Positions 1-9,276 are shown, counted from the first letter of the stretch. The stretch is 64,000 nt of DNA from Thermodesulfobacteriota bacterium (GCA_028278025.1 JANQFE010000096.1:10711-74710), one strand, 5' to 3'. A program made the numbers and translations. The notes: generated by a model not told the origin, from the letters alone.

Positions 1-2692
1 AGTCAGGAGCAGTAATAATTGCCCACACACGATCAATGGTGCCTGCAGTGGTAACATCTGATACCCAAATTTCCGCATCAGTTTGACCCTCAAGAATTTG
101 TTCAGGGCATATTTCACCAATTGTCGGTATGTCTTCGGCTGTTACAACCCCTAAACCGATATAGAAACCTTTAGCTAAAAAGCCATCGGATTTTTCATTT
201 GCTTTACCATTGCCATCATCATCCAAAACAGCATTTTGAAAGCCATGAAGTGACATTGCATTTTTTGCTGTTACATAAGAATCGTAGACAGTATTTCCTT
301 TGAATATTTCTCCCCAAAAATAATGGGAAAAAGAAATTACGCCATTATCAAGAAAATAGGCTTCCTCATCCGCAGAGGTGCTGCAGACTAAAATACGATC
401 ATTTCCCCTGGATGGCTTAAGGTATGGTGTAAAACTTCCAGATTGGCAAGCGTCATAAACAAAAACAACTTTGCCATTTATTGTGTCCTGAATTTCATCA
501 AGCCAGCGGTTTAGATTTTCTGCTTTTAGTATCTCATCTTCACCCATACGAAATTTACCATCATCACCATGATCTGTAATATAGAGAACTATATCATCAG
601 CATCCTGAGACCACTGTGTTAATGCATATTGCAAATTGGTATTGGTCGCGTCTGCATCAACATCAACAATACCATCAGAATCTATGTCCAGATTCATGTT
701 TGACGAAAGGTAATAAATAGTATCATTTGTAAAACCCTGGCTTATAAGAACCTGCCAGGCATAATTTGTACAAAGCTGTGTTGAATCCCAGAGGGTATTT
801 CCATCATACTGTCCGCCACCGGCAACAATTATAGCCTTTTGGTCCGGCATGTCCGCAGAAGATGATACCGTTACTTGAATGCTTTCTGATTGTGATACAG
901 CGAAATCATCATTGCCGCCAAAAAATGATTGAACTTCCCATGTGCCGGTTTGGTCCGGTATGATTTCCACTTCATAATAGCCATCCTGGTTTGTTATGGT
1001 AATTTCTTTTGTGGTTGTTTCATCGGGTGCAGTATAAATGACCTCAACAAGAGCGTCTTGAATTGGTGTTTCGTTTTGTTTGGTCAGGGTTCCATATGCT
1101 TTAAACCGTTGATTTATGGAAATGGTGTCTGAGGCAGTTTCACAACTGATGAATGAATTTTCTCTCAAACCATATTGAGTAATTGTTACATCCTGAGGAC
1201 TATTGGGAGCAGCCGGAGCAGTGATTCTTATGGTGCCAATTCTGGGTGATTTATTACTATTTTCAGTAAAGGAAAGTGTAATAGTACCGGTGTCAGCACC
1301 GGTTTCACCTGAGACAATAGACATCCATTCTTCGCCGGATATTATGTCCGTATACCAATACATATAACGGACTCCGACATTATCTACACTAAAAGATGTA
1401 GTGCCGGCGGAATCATCTACGTCTCTATTCAAAGGTGTTACTGAAAGTTCTTGTGTTTCATCATCGCAAAGATCACCTGTGCCGTCACCATCGGTGTCGA
1501 GCTGATCTGTGTTGTAGACTTCAGGGCAATTATCATTGCTGTCTGAGAAACCATCACAGTCTGCATCGTTTGAACAACCCCTGGAAGCTGTTTTTTTAGG
1601 GTTATATCTATACATGGGCCATGAACCATTATCCCCATCTGCTGCCTCAATACAATAAACTTTCTTGTCATAACTGCCGAAATATAAATACCCTTCAGAG
1701 AGTGCAGGAGTGGAGACAATGTTATTTCCTGCTGAAAAGTACCATTGTTCTTCACCCGTTACTGCATCAAAACAATAAATTTTATGGTCGATAGCAATAT
1801 AAATGAATTTATCTGTAACGATTGGAGAAGTGTGAATATGAAAATTTTTTTCTCCTATAAATTCCCATATCTTATTTCCGGTCAAGGCATCAAGACGGTA
1901 TAGCAAATCAGTACAACCAAAGAAAACTGAACCATCAGACACAACAGGAGCCGAACACTCGCCTTCCTCTGATTTAAACTCCCATACAACCTTGCCTGTC
2001 TCAGCGCTTAAACAGAATATTTTTCCTAATCTCTGATGACTTGTAAAAACATAGCCATCAGAGATTGCAGGTGCTGAAAGCTTTCCAGAAGATTTATTTT
2101 GGATTTGTTTGAATTCCCATATTGTGTTGCCATTTTTTATATTAAGACTGGAAATAATAGGCAGAGATAACTCGGTATCATAATGAGGTACATAAAAGTT
2201 ACTGCCATCAACAGCAGCAGTATTCTCAGCATCAGGAATGTATGTCTCCCAAATTATTTCACCCGTATTTGCATCCAAACAGAATGCATTATTGTCACTT
2301 GTAGTATAAACATATCCATTAAGAAATGCAGGGGACTGGTCCTTGCCCCAACTGTCCATTTTTGTTTCCCAGATCTGCTCACCAGTGTGAGCATTAAGAC
2401 AACGAAGGCCACTACTTCCCATAAAATAAACAAATCCGTTCACAACTACCGGTGAGGATCGTACCCAGTATGCGTCATGTGTCCAAATGGTTTCTCCGGT
2501 TGCGGCAGCGAGGCAGTACAGTTTACTATCATCACTGCCTATATATACATAGCCTTCATAAACTGCAGGGGAAGACTCGACATAATGGTTGGTTGTAAAT
2601 TCCCAAACTAAATCACCGCCTGCTGCAAAACAGAATGCAGCACTGTGCAATAAAAATATTTTTGCAATCAAGCAACAAATATATTTATTCAT
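1..2692 (-). CDS. Secreted multidomain protein, 5'-partial (continues past window start). From the N-terminus: signal peptide, PQQ-like beta-propeller repeats, Asp-rich Ca-binding (TSP3-like DxDxDG) stretch, carboxypeptidase-regulatory-like domain, peptidase C13 (legumain-like, clan CD) domain.
   Basis: ATG (rc cat) at 2690-2692. Manual minus-strand translation gives MNKYICCLIAKIFLLHSAAFCFAAG followed by repeated 'G..Y.G..D..LY..D..TG...W' propeller blades. Downstream come 'DGDGTGDLCDDETQ', 'YITDHGDDG' and 'VFVYDACQSGSF', which match the His/Cys dyad motifs of legumain (YFTDHG / EACESGS). No complete ORF is listed because it runs off the window. Confidence 0.7.
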   Translation of the reverse strand, partial: MNKYICCLIAKIFLLHSAAFCFAAGGDLVWEFTTNHYVESSPAVYEGYVYIGSDDSKLYCLAAATGETIWTHDAYWVRSSPVVVNGFVYFMGSSGLRCLNAHTGEQIWETKMDSWGKDQSPAFLNGYVYTTSDNNAFCLDANTGEIIWETYIPDAENTAAVDGSNFYVPHYDTELSLPIISSLNIKNGNTIWEFKQIQNKSSGKLSAPAISDGYVFTSHQRLGKIFCLSAETGKVVWEFKSEEGECSAPVVSDGSVFFGCTDLLYRLDALTGNKIWEFIGEKNFHIHTSPIVTDKFIYIAIDHKIYCFDAVTGEEQWYFSAGNNIVSTPALSEGYLYFGSYDKKVYCIEAADGDNGSWPMYRYNPKKTASRGCSNDADCDGFSDSNDNCPEVYNTDQLDTDGDGTGDLCDDETQELSVTPLNRDVDDSAGTTSFSVDNVGVRYMYWYTDIISGEEWMSIVSGETGADTGTITLSFTENSNKSPRIGTIRITAPAAPNSPQDVTITQYGLRENSFISCETASDTISINQRFKAYGTLTKQNETPIQDALVEVIYTAPDETTTKEITITNQDGYYEVEIIPDQTGTWEVQSFFGGNDDFAVSQSESIQVTVSSSADMPDQKAIIVAGGGQYDGNTLWDSTQLCTNYAWQVLISQGFTNDTIYYLSSNMNLDIDSDGIVDVDADATNTNLQYALTQWSQDADDIVLYITDHGDDGKFRMGEDEILKAENLNRWLDEIQDTINGKVVFVYDACQSGSFTPYLKPSRGNDRILVCSTSADEEAYFLDNGVISFSHYFWGEIFKGNTVYDSYVTAKNAMSLHGFQNAVLDDDGNGKANEKSDGFLAKGFYIGLGVVTAEDIPTIGEICPEQILEGQTDAEIWVSDVTTAGTIDRVWAIITAPD

Positions 2693-2901
2693 TTTTTTAT
2701 GAAAAACACAAAATGGTTTAGGTTTTAAAGCTAAAATTTTGATATATTTTAATAATTATTTAACAATATGTCAAAGGTGTCAAATGCTTTGCATGCAAAC
2801 AGAAAACAAAATTGGACTAATCAAGGAAAAATATGTCAAATAATACTTCAAATTCATAACCTGAATGAAAAGTTTAACTTAAGTTAAATAAGCATATAAC
2901 A

Positions 2902-2930
2902 AAGGGAGTGTTGTGTTATAACACTCCCTT
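2902..2930 (-). terminator. Intrinsic-terminator-like hairpin downstream of the M30-like peptidase gene (12-bp stem aaagggagtgtt / aacactcccttt, 7-nt loop)
   Basis: Perfect inverted repeat read directly. On the minus strand it is followed by a T-rich tract. Confidence 0.5.
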
Positions 2931-3006
2931 TATAAATTTTAATATTATGTAATTTATCGTCTAAGCTTTATTATACATTGTTAGTTCCATTATAATAGTT
3001 ACTGTT

Positions 3007-6000
3007 TCAGTCTAGAAGTGCGATGTTCAATTTGTTGAAAAGTGTACCCTCATTTAATTCCTGTTGCAGTTTATTAATAAAACTGCCCAGCGCAGGGCTC
3101 GCCTTTTTGATTACCTCAGTGCACATCTTATTAATTTTTTCTGAATTGTTTTTAGATATATTTACAGCATTACCGTTTATTGCAGACTGTATCTCTGGAA
3201 GAACCTGAAACAGCAATTCAAGTGATTTTACCCGCAGTGAGCGATCATTACTAATAATTGCTGTCAGCTCTTCAAAGTGTGTATAATATAAATTTATAAT
3301 TTCCCTGCCGGCTGCGGTGTTGCCAAGCACAGAGTCACGGAACTCTCTCAAAAGGCTGGTCTCTGCGGCAGTATCCCCCAGCATATACGCAAAGGGGCAT
3401 GCACCCTGGGGGGGTGGGTTTGTCTGGCCACAGCAAGATTCGTCGTACGGGTTGTCAAGACAGAAGGAATCTGGGCTTGGCGTTTTTGCACACAGGCCTT
3501 CATATGGTTCGTCCTGGCAATAGGGGTGGCTGTCAGGGCAGCAGATACCGTTACCACAGTCTATAGAAAAGCCATCAGGGCAGCTGCCGTCGTCATCATC
3601 ATCGTCGTCACCAGCATCGCAGCAGGAATCATCTGATGGATTATCAAGGCAGAACGGGTCGGGGTTCTGTGTTTTTGCACACATACCACCATATGGTCCG
3701 TCGAGGCAGTATGGGTGGCTGTCAGGACAGCAGATACCGTTACCACAGTCTATAGAAAAGCCATCAGGGCAGCTGTCATCATTATCGTCGTCATCACTGC
3801 CGGAATCACACACATTGCTGCCGTCCTGCTCGAAGAACCTGATGTTAGAGCCTGCACCGGTAGGGCAGGTATAGGATTCTGATATTTTTCTGTATACAAC
3901 TCCTCCATTGTGAATATTAACCCTGGATGATGTAGGGCCGTGAGCAGTCAGTATGAATTCACCTTTATAGCCGTAAGGGCCTGATCGGTCGTTTAGCAGG
4001 TTTGCCAGGGCCCAGTTTTTAAGCAGGTCTTCCCAGGTGTCTACATTAGGCAGGCGTTTTGATGCAACTGCTTCAACTGCCTGATAGTCACCAACACCAT
4101 GTTCAACCATGTAATCTAGGATTTCTTTAAAAATCTTATCATTAATGGAAGAATGAATGGCAAGATACTGACCAAAGATGTATGCCAAGGCGTAGTTTGC
4201 AAGCCTATCTTCATCGTTATTCGAGTCCCACCACGTAAGACCATGTCCGTTACGTATAGTCTTATTTTTATCATCATTGTAATAAGTGATCCTGGTAAGG
4301 TAACCATCATTAAGCATCTCTGGATTAGTGAAGGAGGGATCATCTTCTAGTTTTGCCTTTAAATACATGGTTTCTGACGCCATTGACATCATTTCAGTTA
4401 TCCATATGTCTGAAGAAAATCCATCTCTACCCAGGTTCCATCCGGTTTCGCAAAAATTGACCATATGCTGATACTCATGTATGAAAGTTGTCAAAATGTA
4501 TTTATGGTAGTAATTATTCGCATAATTACCGTTAACATAGAGCAAGTCCATCTCATTTGATTTTCTGTCTATACCTTCAGCATCAAGTATTTCCTGAGCA
4601 TAATAATCGTACGGAGCAAAAAATCCTCCGAGACCATTGTTTCCTAAATTACATAAAAGGATCGATACTTTTCCATTATGGTCTCTGTCGGTATATTCAC
4701 CGATCTTAGACCGCACTAATTCGTACATAACATCAAACTCTGTAATATATAATTCAAGTATATCATCAGGAATTGAAAGCGTTGTTTCGACAAATATATA
4801 ACCGTACCTGCCTTCTTTTTTTAGCGTTGCCGCAACCCTGTCACCCAAAACCCAGAAGTCTTTTTTGTCATCGAGGTTAAAAGTTTGAGAGGCTATTTTT
4901 ACAGTACGGCTTTTTTGTTCAAGGAGTTTACGCGTTTTATAAATCAACGATGCATCACATTTTGGCATGGGAACATCCTGCAGATAAAAACTGCGATTAG
5001 AATCTCTTGTTTTGAAGGATGGTGCAGCCTGGGAGAAATTTGATCCTGGAAGAGAACCGGAGGGTTCGGTTTGTTCATCATCTTCAGCTTTTATATTAAT
5101 TGCTACAAGGTAGTCAGAATCATTTTCTTCTATTGGAAAGACCGCAATAGTTGCAGAAGCAGTATCCGTTCCACCTGATCCCTTAACAGTTAATGTTGCC
5201 TGATATGTACCAGGCTCATCATAGGTATGTGAGATGTTTTTGCCAGAACCGGTTTTACCATTACCGAAGGTCCAGGCCCAAGAATAAATATCTCCTTTTG
5301 ATTGATCTGTAAATTGTACATTCAATGGGGCTTTGCCGCTTTTTGGGCTCGCGGTAAAAGCAGCTTCGGGTGCTTTGGATGTAACTGTAAGCCTGGCCGA
5401 GGAACTTGTTCTGCTTCCTTCTACATTGCTGACAACACAGCGAAAAAGGTCCCCGTTATCATCACTTGAAACTGGTGGTGTTGTATGTTTTGATTTGGTC
5501 GCACCGGAAATATCTGTATAATTTTTTTGCCACTGGTACTGCAAATCATCACCTTCAGCCTTAACTGAAAAGCGGGCAGTGTCACCTTCCTCAACAGTCT
5601 GGGATTCAGGGTGAGATGTGATTTGCGGAGGCTCAATGGTTTCTTCAATTACACTTAATTCCGCCCAATCACTTTCAACGCTGCCGGCACTATTGCTGAC
5701 GATACAACTGTATTCAGATCCATCATCGGCAAATGTGACCGGAGGAGTAGTATAGGAAGAAAAGGTTGCGTCGGGAATATGATAACCATCCTTTAACCAC
5801 TGGTACTGGAGGTCATCACCGTCGGCTTCAACTGAAAAGACTGCAATCTCCCCAATATATACTTCCTGGTCATCAGGTTGGTTTGTTATTTCAGGAGGTG
5901 CTGCAACAGAAGAGGGTTCAATGGGAAAATCTATTTTACTGTATTCCGGATAGTCACCATCGAGCATGACTGACCGCAGTTCATCCTGGTTGCAAGCAGA

Positions 6001-6423
6001 AGAAATATGCAAGCCGATACTGTCAGAGGAACTGATAGGTTCATTGACAGTTATGTAATAATTAACAATGTAGTAATAGCCATCTCCAGCAAGATCAACT
6101 TCTTGTGAGCCAATAGCAGTATCATTTTTTTTCAGTACAATATTAAACAGTGCTCCAGAAGTGTTATCCTCATTGAGTGCTTTTAATAACATTGTGCCTG
6201 ATATGTTTGAGTCTTCCAGTACAACTCCACCGGTAAGAAAACCTGAAAAGCTGATATCAAGTGAAGGTTGCCCAAGGTATTCTTCAGGTTCAGAACCATC
6301 ATAGGGTTGTGAAGTTAGCAGTCCGCCGCTGTTCAAATAGAGCCTCTCAATGGACTCGCTATATGCAAAGCTGCTTCCAAGGAGTATGGTTATTATGAGA
6401 ATTAAAGTTGTTAGGTGTTTCAT
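3007..6423 (-). CDS. Secreted multidomain metallopeptidase, M30 (hyicolysin)-like HEXXH family. Contains 2 Ig-like (I-set-like) domains, a PKD domain, two tandem Cys-rich repeats with poly-Asp stretches, and a conserved helical C-terminal domain (CTD-A).
   Basis: The ORF track gives 3007..6465 beginning at a TTG. The probable real start is ATG 6423 (MKHLTTLILIITILLGSSFAYS signal peptide) preceded by AGGAGA. Motif 'TTFIHEYQHMVNF...WITEMMSMASE' is paralogous to the 43544..45754 protein. PKD: 'ASPKSGKAPLNVQFTDQSKGDIYSWAWTFGNG'. C-terminus 'LLREFRDSVL...GREIINLYY'. Confidence 0.8.
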   Translation of the reverse strand: MKHLTTLILIITILLGSSFAYSESIERLYLNSGGLLTSQPYDGSEPEEYLGQPSLDISFSGFLTGGVVLEDSNISGTMLLKALNEDNTSGALFNIVLKKNDTAIGSQEVDLAGDGYYYIVNYYITVNEPISSSDSIGLHISSACNQDELRSVMLDGDYPEYSKIDFPIEPSSVAAPPEITNQPDDQEVYIGEIAVFSVEADGDDLQYQWLKDGYHIPDATFSSYTTPPVTFADDGSEYSCIVSNSAGSVESDWAELSVIEETIEPPQITSHPESQTVEEGDTARFSVKAEGDDLQYQWQKNYTDISGATKSKHTTPPVSSDDNGDLFRCVVSNVEGSRTSSSARLTVTSKAPEAAFTASPKSGKAPLNVQFTDQSKGDIYSWAWTFGNGKTGSGKNISHTYDEPGTYQATLTVKGSGGTDTASATIAVFPIEENDSDYLVAINIKAEDDEQTEPSGSLPGSNFSQAAPSFKTRDSNRSFYLQDVPMPKCDASLIYKTRKLLEQKSRTVKIASQTFNLDDKKDFWVLGDRVAATLKKEGRYGYIFVETTLSIPDDILELYITEFDVMYELVRSKIGEYTDRDHNGKVSILLCNLGNNGLGGFFAPYDYYAQEILDAEGIDRKSNEMDLLYVNGNYANNYYHKYILTTFIHEYQHMVNFCETGWNLGRDGFSSDIWITEMMSMASETMYLKAKLEDDPSFTNPEMLNDGYLTRITYYNDDKNKTIRNGHGLTWWDSNNDEDRLANYALAYIFGQYLAIHSSINDKIFKEILDYMVEHGVGDYQAVEAVASKRLPNVDTWEDLLKNWALANLLNDRSGPYGYKGEFILTAHGPTSSRVNIHNGGVVYRKISESYTCPTGAGSNIRFFEQDGSNVCDSGSDDDDNDDSCPDGFSIDCGNGICCPDSHPYCLDGPYGGMCAKTQNPDPFCLDNPSDDSCCDAGDDDDDDDGSCPDGFSIDCGNGICCPDSHPYCQDEPYEGLCAKTPSPDSFCLDNPYDESCCGQTNPPPQGACPFAYMLGDTAAETSLLREFRDSVLGNTAAGREIINLYYTHFEELTAIISNDRSLRVKSLELLFQVLPEIQSAINGNAVNISKNNSEKINKMCTEVIKKASPALGSFINKLQQELNEGTLFNKLNIALLD

Positions 6424-6471
6424 CGATGGTCTCCTTTCATTAAAGAACTTACTTATTGTTTTCAAAAAGTT

Positions 6472-6499
6472 TAGTCGTCTAATGAAAAATTTTATTTCT
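6472..6499 (-). promoter_or_regulatory. ECF-sigma-type promoter motif (coding orientation AGAAAT-N16-GACGACTAA) upstream of the M30-like peptidase gene
   Basis: Plus strand 'tagtcg' at 6472-6477 and 'atttct' at 6494-6499, with a 16-nt spacer. This is one of five copies of the same motif in the window. Confidence 0.55.
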
Positions 6500-6560
6500 A
6501 AAAAAATAATTTTTTTGTGTAGGGAGACAGATATGGCTTTAGATGGCAGTATATATTAAA

Positions 6561-6598
6561 TATAAAAGCAATATATTAAATAATATATTGCTTTTATA
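6561..6598 (-). terminator. Perfect AT-rich palindrome (17-bp arms, 4-nt loop) immediately downstream of the 6619..7230 gene; putative terminator
   Basis: tataaaagcaatatatt-aaat-aatatattgcttttata read directly. Confidence 0.4.
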
Positions 6599-6618
6599 TA
6601 AATACTTAATAAAAAATA

Positions 6619-7230
6619 TTAATTAAAAAAGATTTTTCCTAATGAAATTTTTTCTTGTGAGAAATTGAAAATATTGTACTCATCAACGGGAGATACATTA
6701 TTACTGAAATTGTTGATATCAAAAATATCTGAGCCACATGTATTGGTGCAATGACTTTCAAGGACTGGATCCCCTGAGTTTGTAAGTGTCAATAAAAGGG
6801 TTATATCTTCATCGCAATCATTAATAGGTATACAGCCCTCAAAATTAGCTATAAAGTCGCCGTCAATATAAAGTTTTATACTGCAAATATCATCAGAAAT
6901 TTCTCTGCAGTCTGAATATTCTCCTGATTCTGCAGCCCATGTTCCTTCAGATGTTTTCAGGGTTGCTTCCAGAGATCTACCATTGCTGTAGGAAAGATTA
7001 TTAAAAAAGTTTAGATTTTTCTCAGAACCTCCCGGCCCTTGTTGACCTTTTGCTGCCCCTTCGATAACAACACAATTGCGGTCTGAAGCATACGCCTGAG
7101 CTGCAAAAGGGTAACATGGTGAAAATATCAGACTTAAAATCAGTAGAAGGCTCATATACATAGTGTATGATATAACCATTTTATTATACTTGAAGATAAG
7201 CACTGTTAGTTTTAGAAAGTTTGCATTCAT
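6619..7230 (-). CDS. Small secreted Cys-rich protein (paralog of 7432..7980), function unknown
   Basis: ATG at 7230 with AGGAGA 6 nt upstream. Hydrophobic signal-like segment. Shares 'NFFNN(L/I)(S/A)YSxGxS(L/M)xA(T/K)L(K/E)TS(E/A)GTW(A/T)A(E/D)SGEYSxC' and a conserved Cys framework with the next gene. Confidence 0.6.
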   Translation of the reverse strand: MNANFLKLTVLIFKYNKMVISYTMYMSLLLILSLIFSPCYPFAAQAYASDRNCVVIEGAAKGQQGPGGSEKNLNFFNNLSYSNGRSLEATLKTSEGTWAAESGEYSDCREISDDICSIKLYIDGDFIANFEGCIPINDCDEDITLLLTLTNSGDPVLESHCTNTCGSDIFDINNFSNNVSPVDEYNIFNFSQEKISLGKIFFN

Positions 7231-7297
7231 GATTATTCTCCTATTGTATCTGGTTATTATTTCAAAATTTTCAACATTATGGTTGTTTTAATAGATA

Positions 7298-7325
7298 TAG
7301 TCGCAGTTATGAAAAAAAAATTTCA
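7298..7325 (-). promoter_or_regulatory. ECF-type promoter motif (TGAAAT-N16-CTGCGACTAT) upstream of the 6619..7230 gene
   Basis: 'tagtcg' at 7298-7303 and 'atttca' at 7320-7325, about 60 nt upstream of the ATG. Confidence 0.5.
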
Positions 7326-7431
7326 ATGATTCTCAAAAAAAGAAAAAAAGCCATCACAATTGTTGAGATGGCTTTCTAATAACTATTAGGAAAAGATGCC
7401 AGTGTTAAAGAACACTAACAAGTTTGATCAT

Positions 7432-7980
7432 TCAAAAAACAAGAGGTAGAAGAGGCTCCAGATCATCATTTTCACCTTCATCATTTAAATTACTAAAAAG
7501 ATCAATTTCAACTTCTATATTAATTATTGAAGCTGTATCAACTATATCAGCAAATCCTTCAAATGATTGTACATTCAAGATATCATTACCGCAATCATCA
7601 TGGCAGATCAACTTGAGAACAAAAGTGGAAGACCCCTCTAAAGTGAGCAGTAGTGTAGCATCAGTGCAATCTTCAATGTCAAGGCAATCATTAAAAGCAA
7701 ATTTATAATCACCATCAAAATAAACTCTAATGTCACATATTGAATTGTTTGAAACGGATTTGCAGCTCGAGTATTCGCCCGAATCTGCCGTCCAAGTGCC
7801 TGCAGAAGTTTCCAGTTTTGCAGACATGCTGTTTCCGCTGGAGTAGGCAATGTTATTAAAAAAATTAACACTATGAGGTGAACTGTTGCCACCCCCGCCT
7901 CCATCATCACCATCACAGCCAATCAAGGAGATTGATGCAATAATTGTTACAATATAAACAATACACTTAATTTTCTTCAT
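7432..7980 (-). CDS. Small Cys-rich lipoprotein (paralog of 6619..7230), function unknown
   Basis: ATG at 7980 with an AAAGGA SD. Lipobox 'SLIGC'. A Gly run follows, then the same conserved Cys pattern as the upstream paralog. Confidence 0.65.
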   Translation of the reverse strand: MKKIKCIVYIVTIIASISLIGCDGDDGGGGGNSSPHSVNFFNNIAYSSGNSMSAKLETSAGTWTADSGEYSSCKSVSNNSICDIRVYFDGDYKFAFNDCLDIEDCTDATLLLTLEGSSTFVLKLICHDDCGNDILNVQSFEGFADIVDTASIINIEVEIDLFSNLNDEGENDDLEPLLPLVF

Positions 7981-8103
7981 GGGATGTTCCTTTCATTAAG
8001 TTAAAATAAAATTGTTTTTGAATGCAAAGTGCTTATAAAAAAATCTCAATCCTCCTTCCTGTTTTGAATTTTTTAAAAAAAGCAGTTTTTGTACTGTTAT
8101 TGT

Positions 8104-8131
8104 TAGTCGCAGGAAGTAAAAAATTATTCTA
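8104..8131 (-). promoter_or_regulatory. ECF-type promoter motif (TAGAAT-N16-CTGCGACTAA) upstream of the 7432..7980 gene
   Basis: 'tagtcg' at 8104-8109 and 'attcta' at 8126-8131. Confidence 0.55.
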
Positions 8132-8210
8132 AAAAAATATTTTTTAGCAGATTTATTAAATTTAATGGGCATGAACAGGAATAAAGATATAAATAGCTGA
8201 TTAAGGCAGG

Positions 8211-8248
8211 AATAGTTAATTCCCGCCTATAGGCGGGAATTAACTATT
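8211..8248 (-). terminator. Perfect 38-bp palindrome (aatagttaattcccgcc-tata-ggcgggaattaactatt) between the lipoprotein gene and the promoter of the next gene; putative terminator or operator
   Basis: Read directly. No canonical U-tract on either side, so a protein-binding site is equally possible. Confidence 0.35.
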
Positions 8249-8279
8249 AGTAAAAAAGTAAGATGTAAGTATGTACCGT

Positions 8280-9005
8280 TTATTTTACAGCTATAATCTG
8301 CGGTTGCATTTCATACTGCGAATCAAGGCGTGCAATGCTGGTGGCCTGTATCTGGGCCACACGTTCAAGCAGCTTACTGCTTACAAAGGACCTGTATGAA
8401 TACTCAACCTTATCGGAAAACTCAGTGGTTATACCGGGATCATGATTTTGTGAATAGACCGCGCCGGCGCCCAGTGCACAAAGCCCCCACCCCGGGGCAA
8501 ACCAGCCCAGCAGAGAGGTTGCCGCACCTCTGCTGAAACTGGTGTATCTGATTTCATATGGAGTAACAATATTAAACTGATTGATTAATCTGCCGGTTTT
8601 AGGGTCAAGCACACGCACATCAGTATCAACTTCTATATAATACTTATACCCGAGCCAGGCATGCGAAAAGACCAGAAAGCCGGGAAATGCGATAGGAATA
8701 TTTTGAAGGGATGATTTATACTTAACTGTTTTATTAAGATCGCATATATAATCAAGGTCCATCCCGGCAGATGTATGACAATCCTTTTTTACGGCCTCAA
8801 CTGAAGAAGAAAGGCTTGTCTCGCTAATAATGGACCTGAGCAGGCGGTCCTGGGTCGGTGCAAATCCAAGTTTAACTGTTTCTCTTTGATAGGCATTTAC
8901 GGGTGTAAAAACATCTCTGTTGGTAACTTTAAGCGGGTGAGTGCACCCCATTGCTGCAAAAATGCTGGTGGCCAGTAAGCATATAATTTTTGTTGCTGTT
9001 TTCAT
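8280..9005 (-). CDS. Lipoprotein of unknown function
   Basis: ATG at 9005 with an AAGGAG SD. Signal 'LLATSIFAAMGC' (lipobox). Confidence 0.6.
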   Translation of the reverse strand: MKTATKIICLLATSIFAAMGCTHPLKVTNRDVFTPVNAYQRETVKLGFAPTQDRLLRSIISETSLSSSVEAVKKDCHTSAGMDLDYICDLNKTVKYKSSLQNIPIAFPGFLVFSHAWLGYKYYIEVDTDVRVLDPKTGRLINQFNIVTPYEIRYTSFSRGAATSLLGWFAPGWGLCALGAGAVYSQNHDPGITTEFSDKVEYSYRSFVSSKLLERVAQIQATSIARLDSQYEMQPQIIAVK

Positions 9006-9146
9006 TTTTTTCTCCTTTTGTGTATTGATTAAGTAGTTTTTTTTATTGTAATTTTAAAGCTGCAAACTGACTGATTAAGTAATTAATATTTTTCAAAATT
9101 CACCTCCTTTCAGGTAATCTAAAACTTTATTTGATTTTGATAGTAT

Positions 9147-9174
9147 TAGTCGCAGGAGTCTGAAAAATATTCCC
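9147..9174 (-). promoter_or_regulatory. ECF-type promoter motif (GGGAAT-N16-CTGCGACTAA) upstream of the lipoprotein gene
   Basis: 'tagtcg' at 9147-9152 and 'attccc' at 9169-9174. Confidence 0.55.
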
Positions 9175-9276
9175 GAAAGGAGTAATTTTTTATAAAGATG
9201 AGATGTTACCAGCCCAGCTTTGTTAAGTTTGATTTTTATGAAGCAAAAAAGAGAAGAGGCAAGAAGGGAAAGGCAG

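Noticed and set aside
3348-3746. Two near-identical about 65-aa minus-strand ORFs (3348..3557, 3561..3746)
   Set aside because: They are out-of-frame readings of the tandem repeat inside the M30-like peptidase gene. They are useful only as a marker of the duplication.
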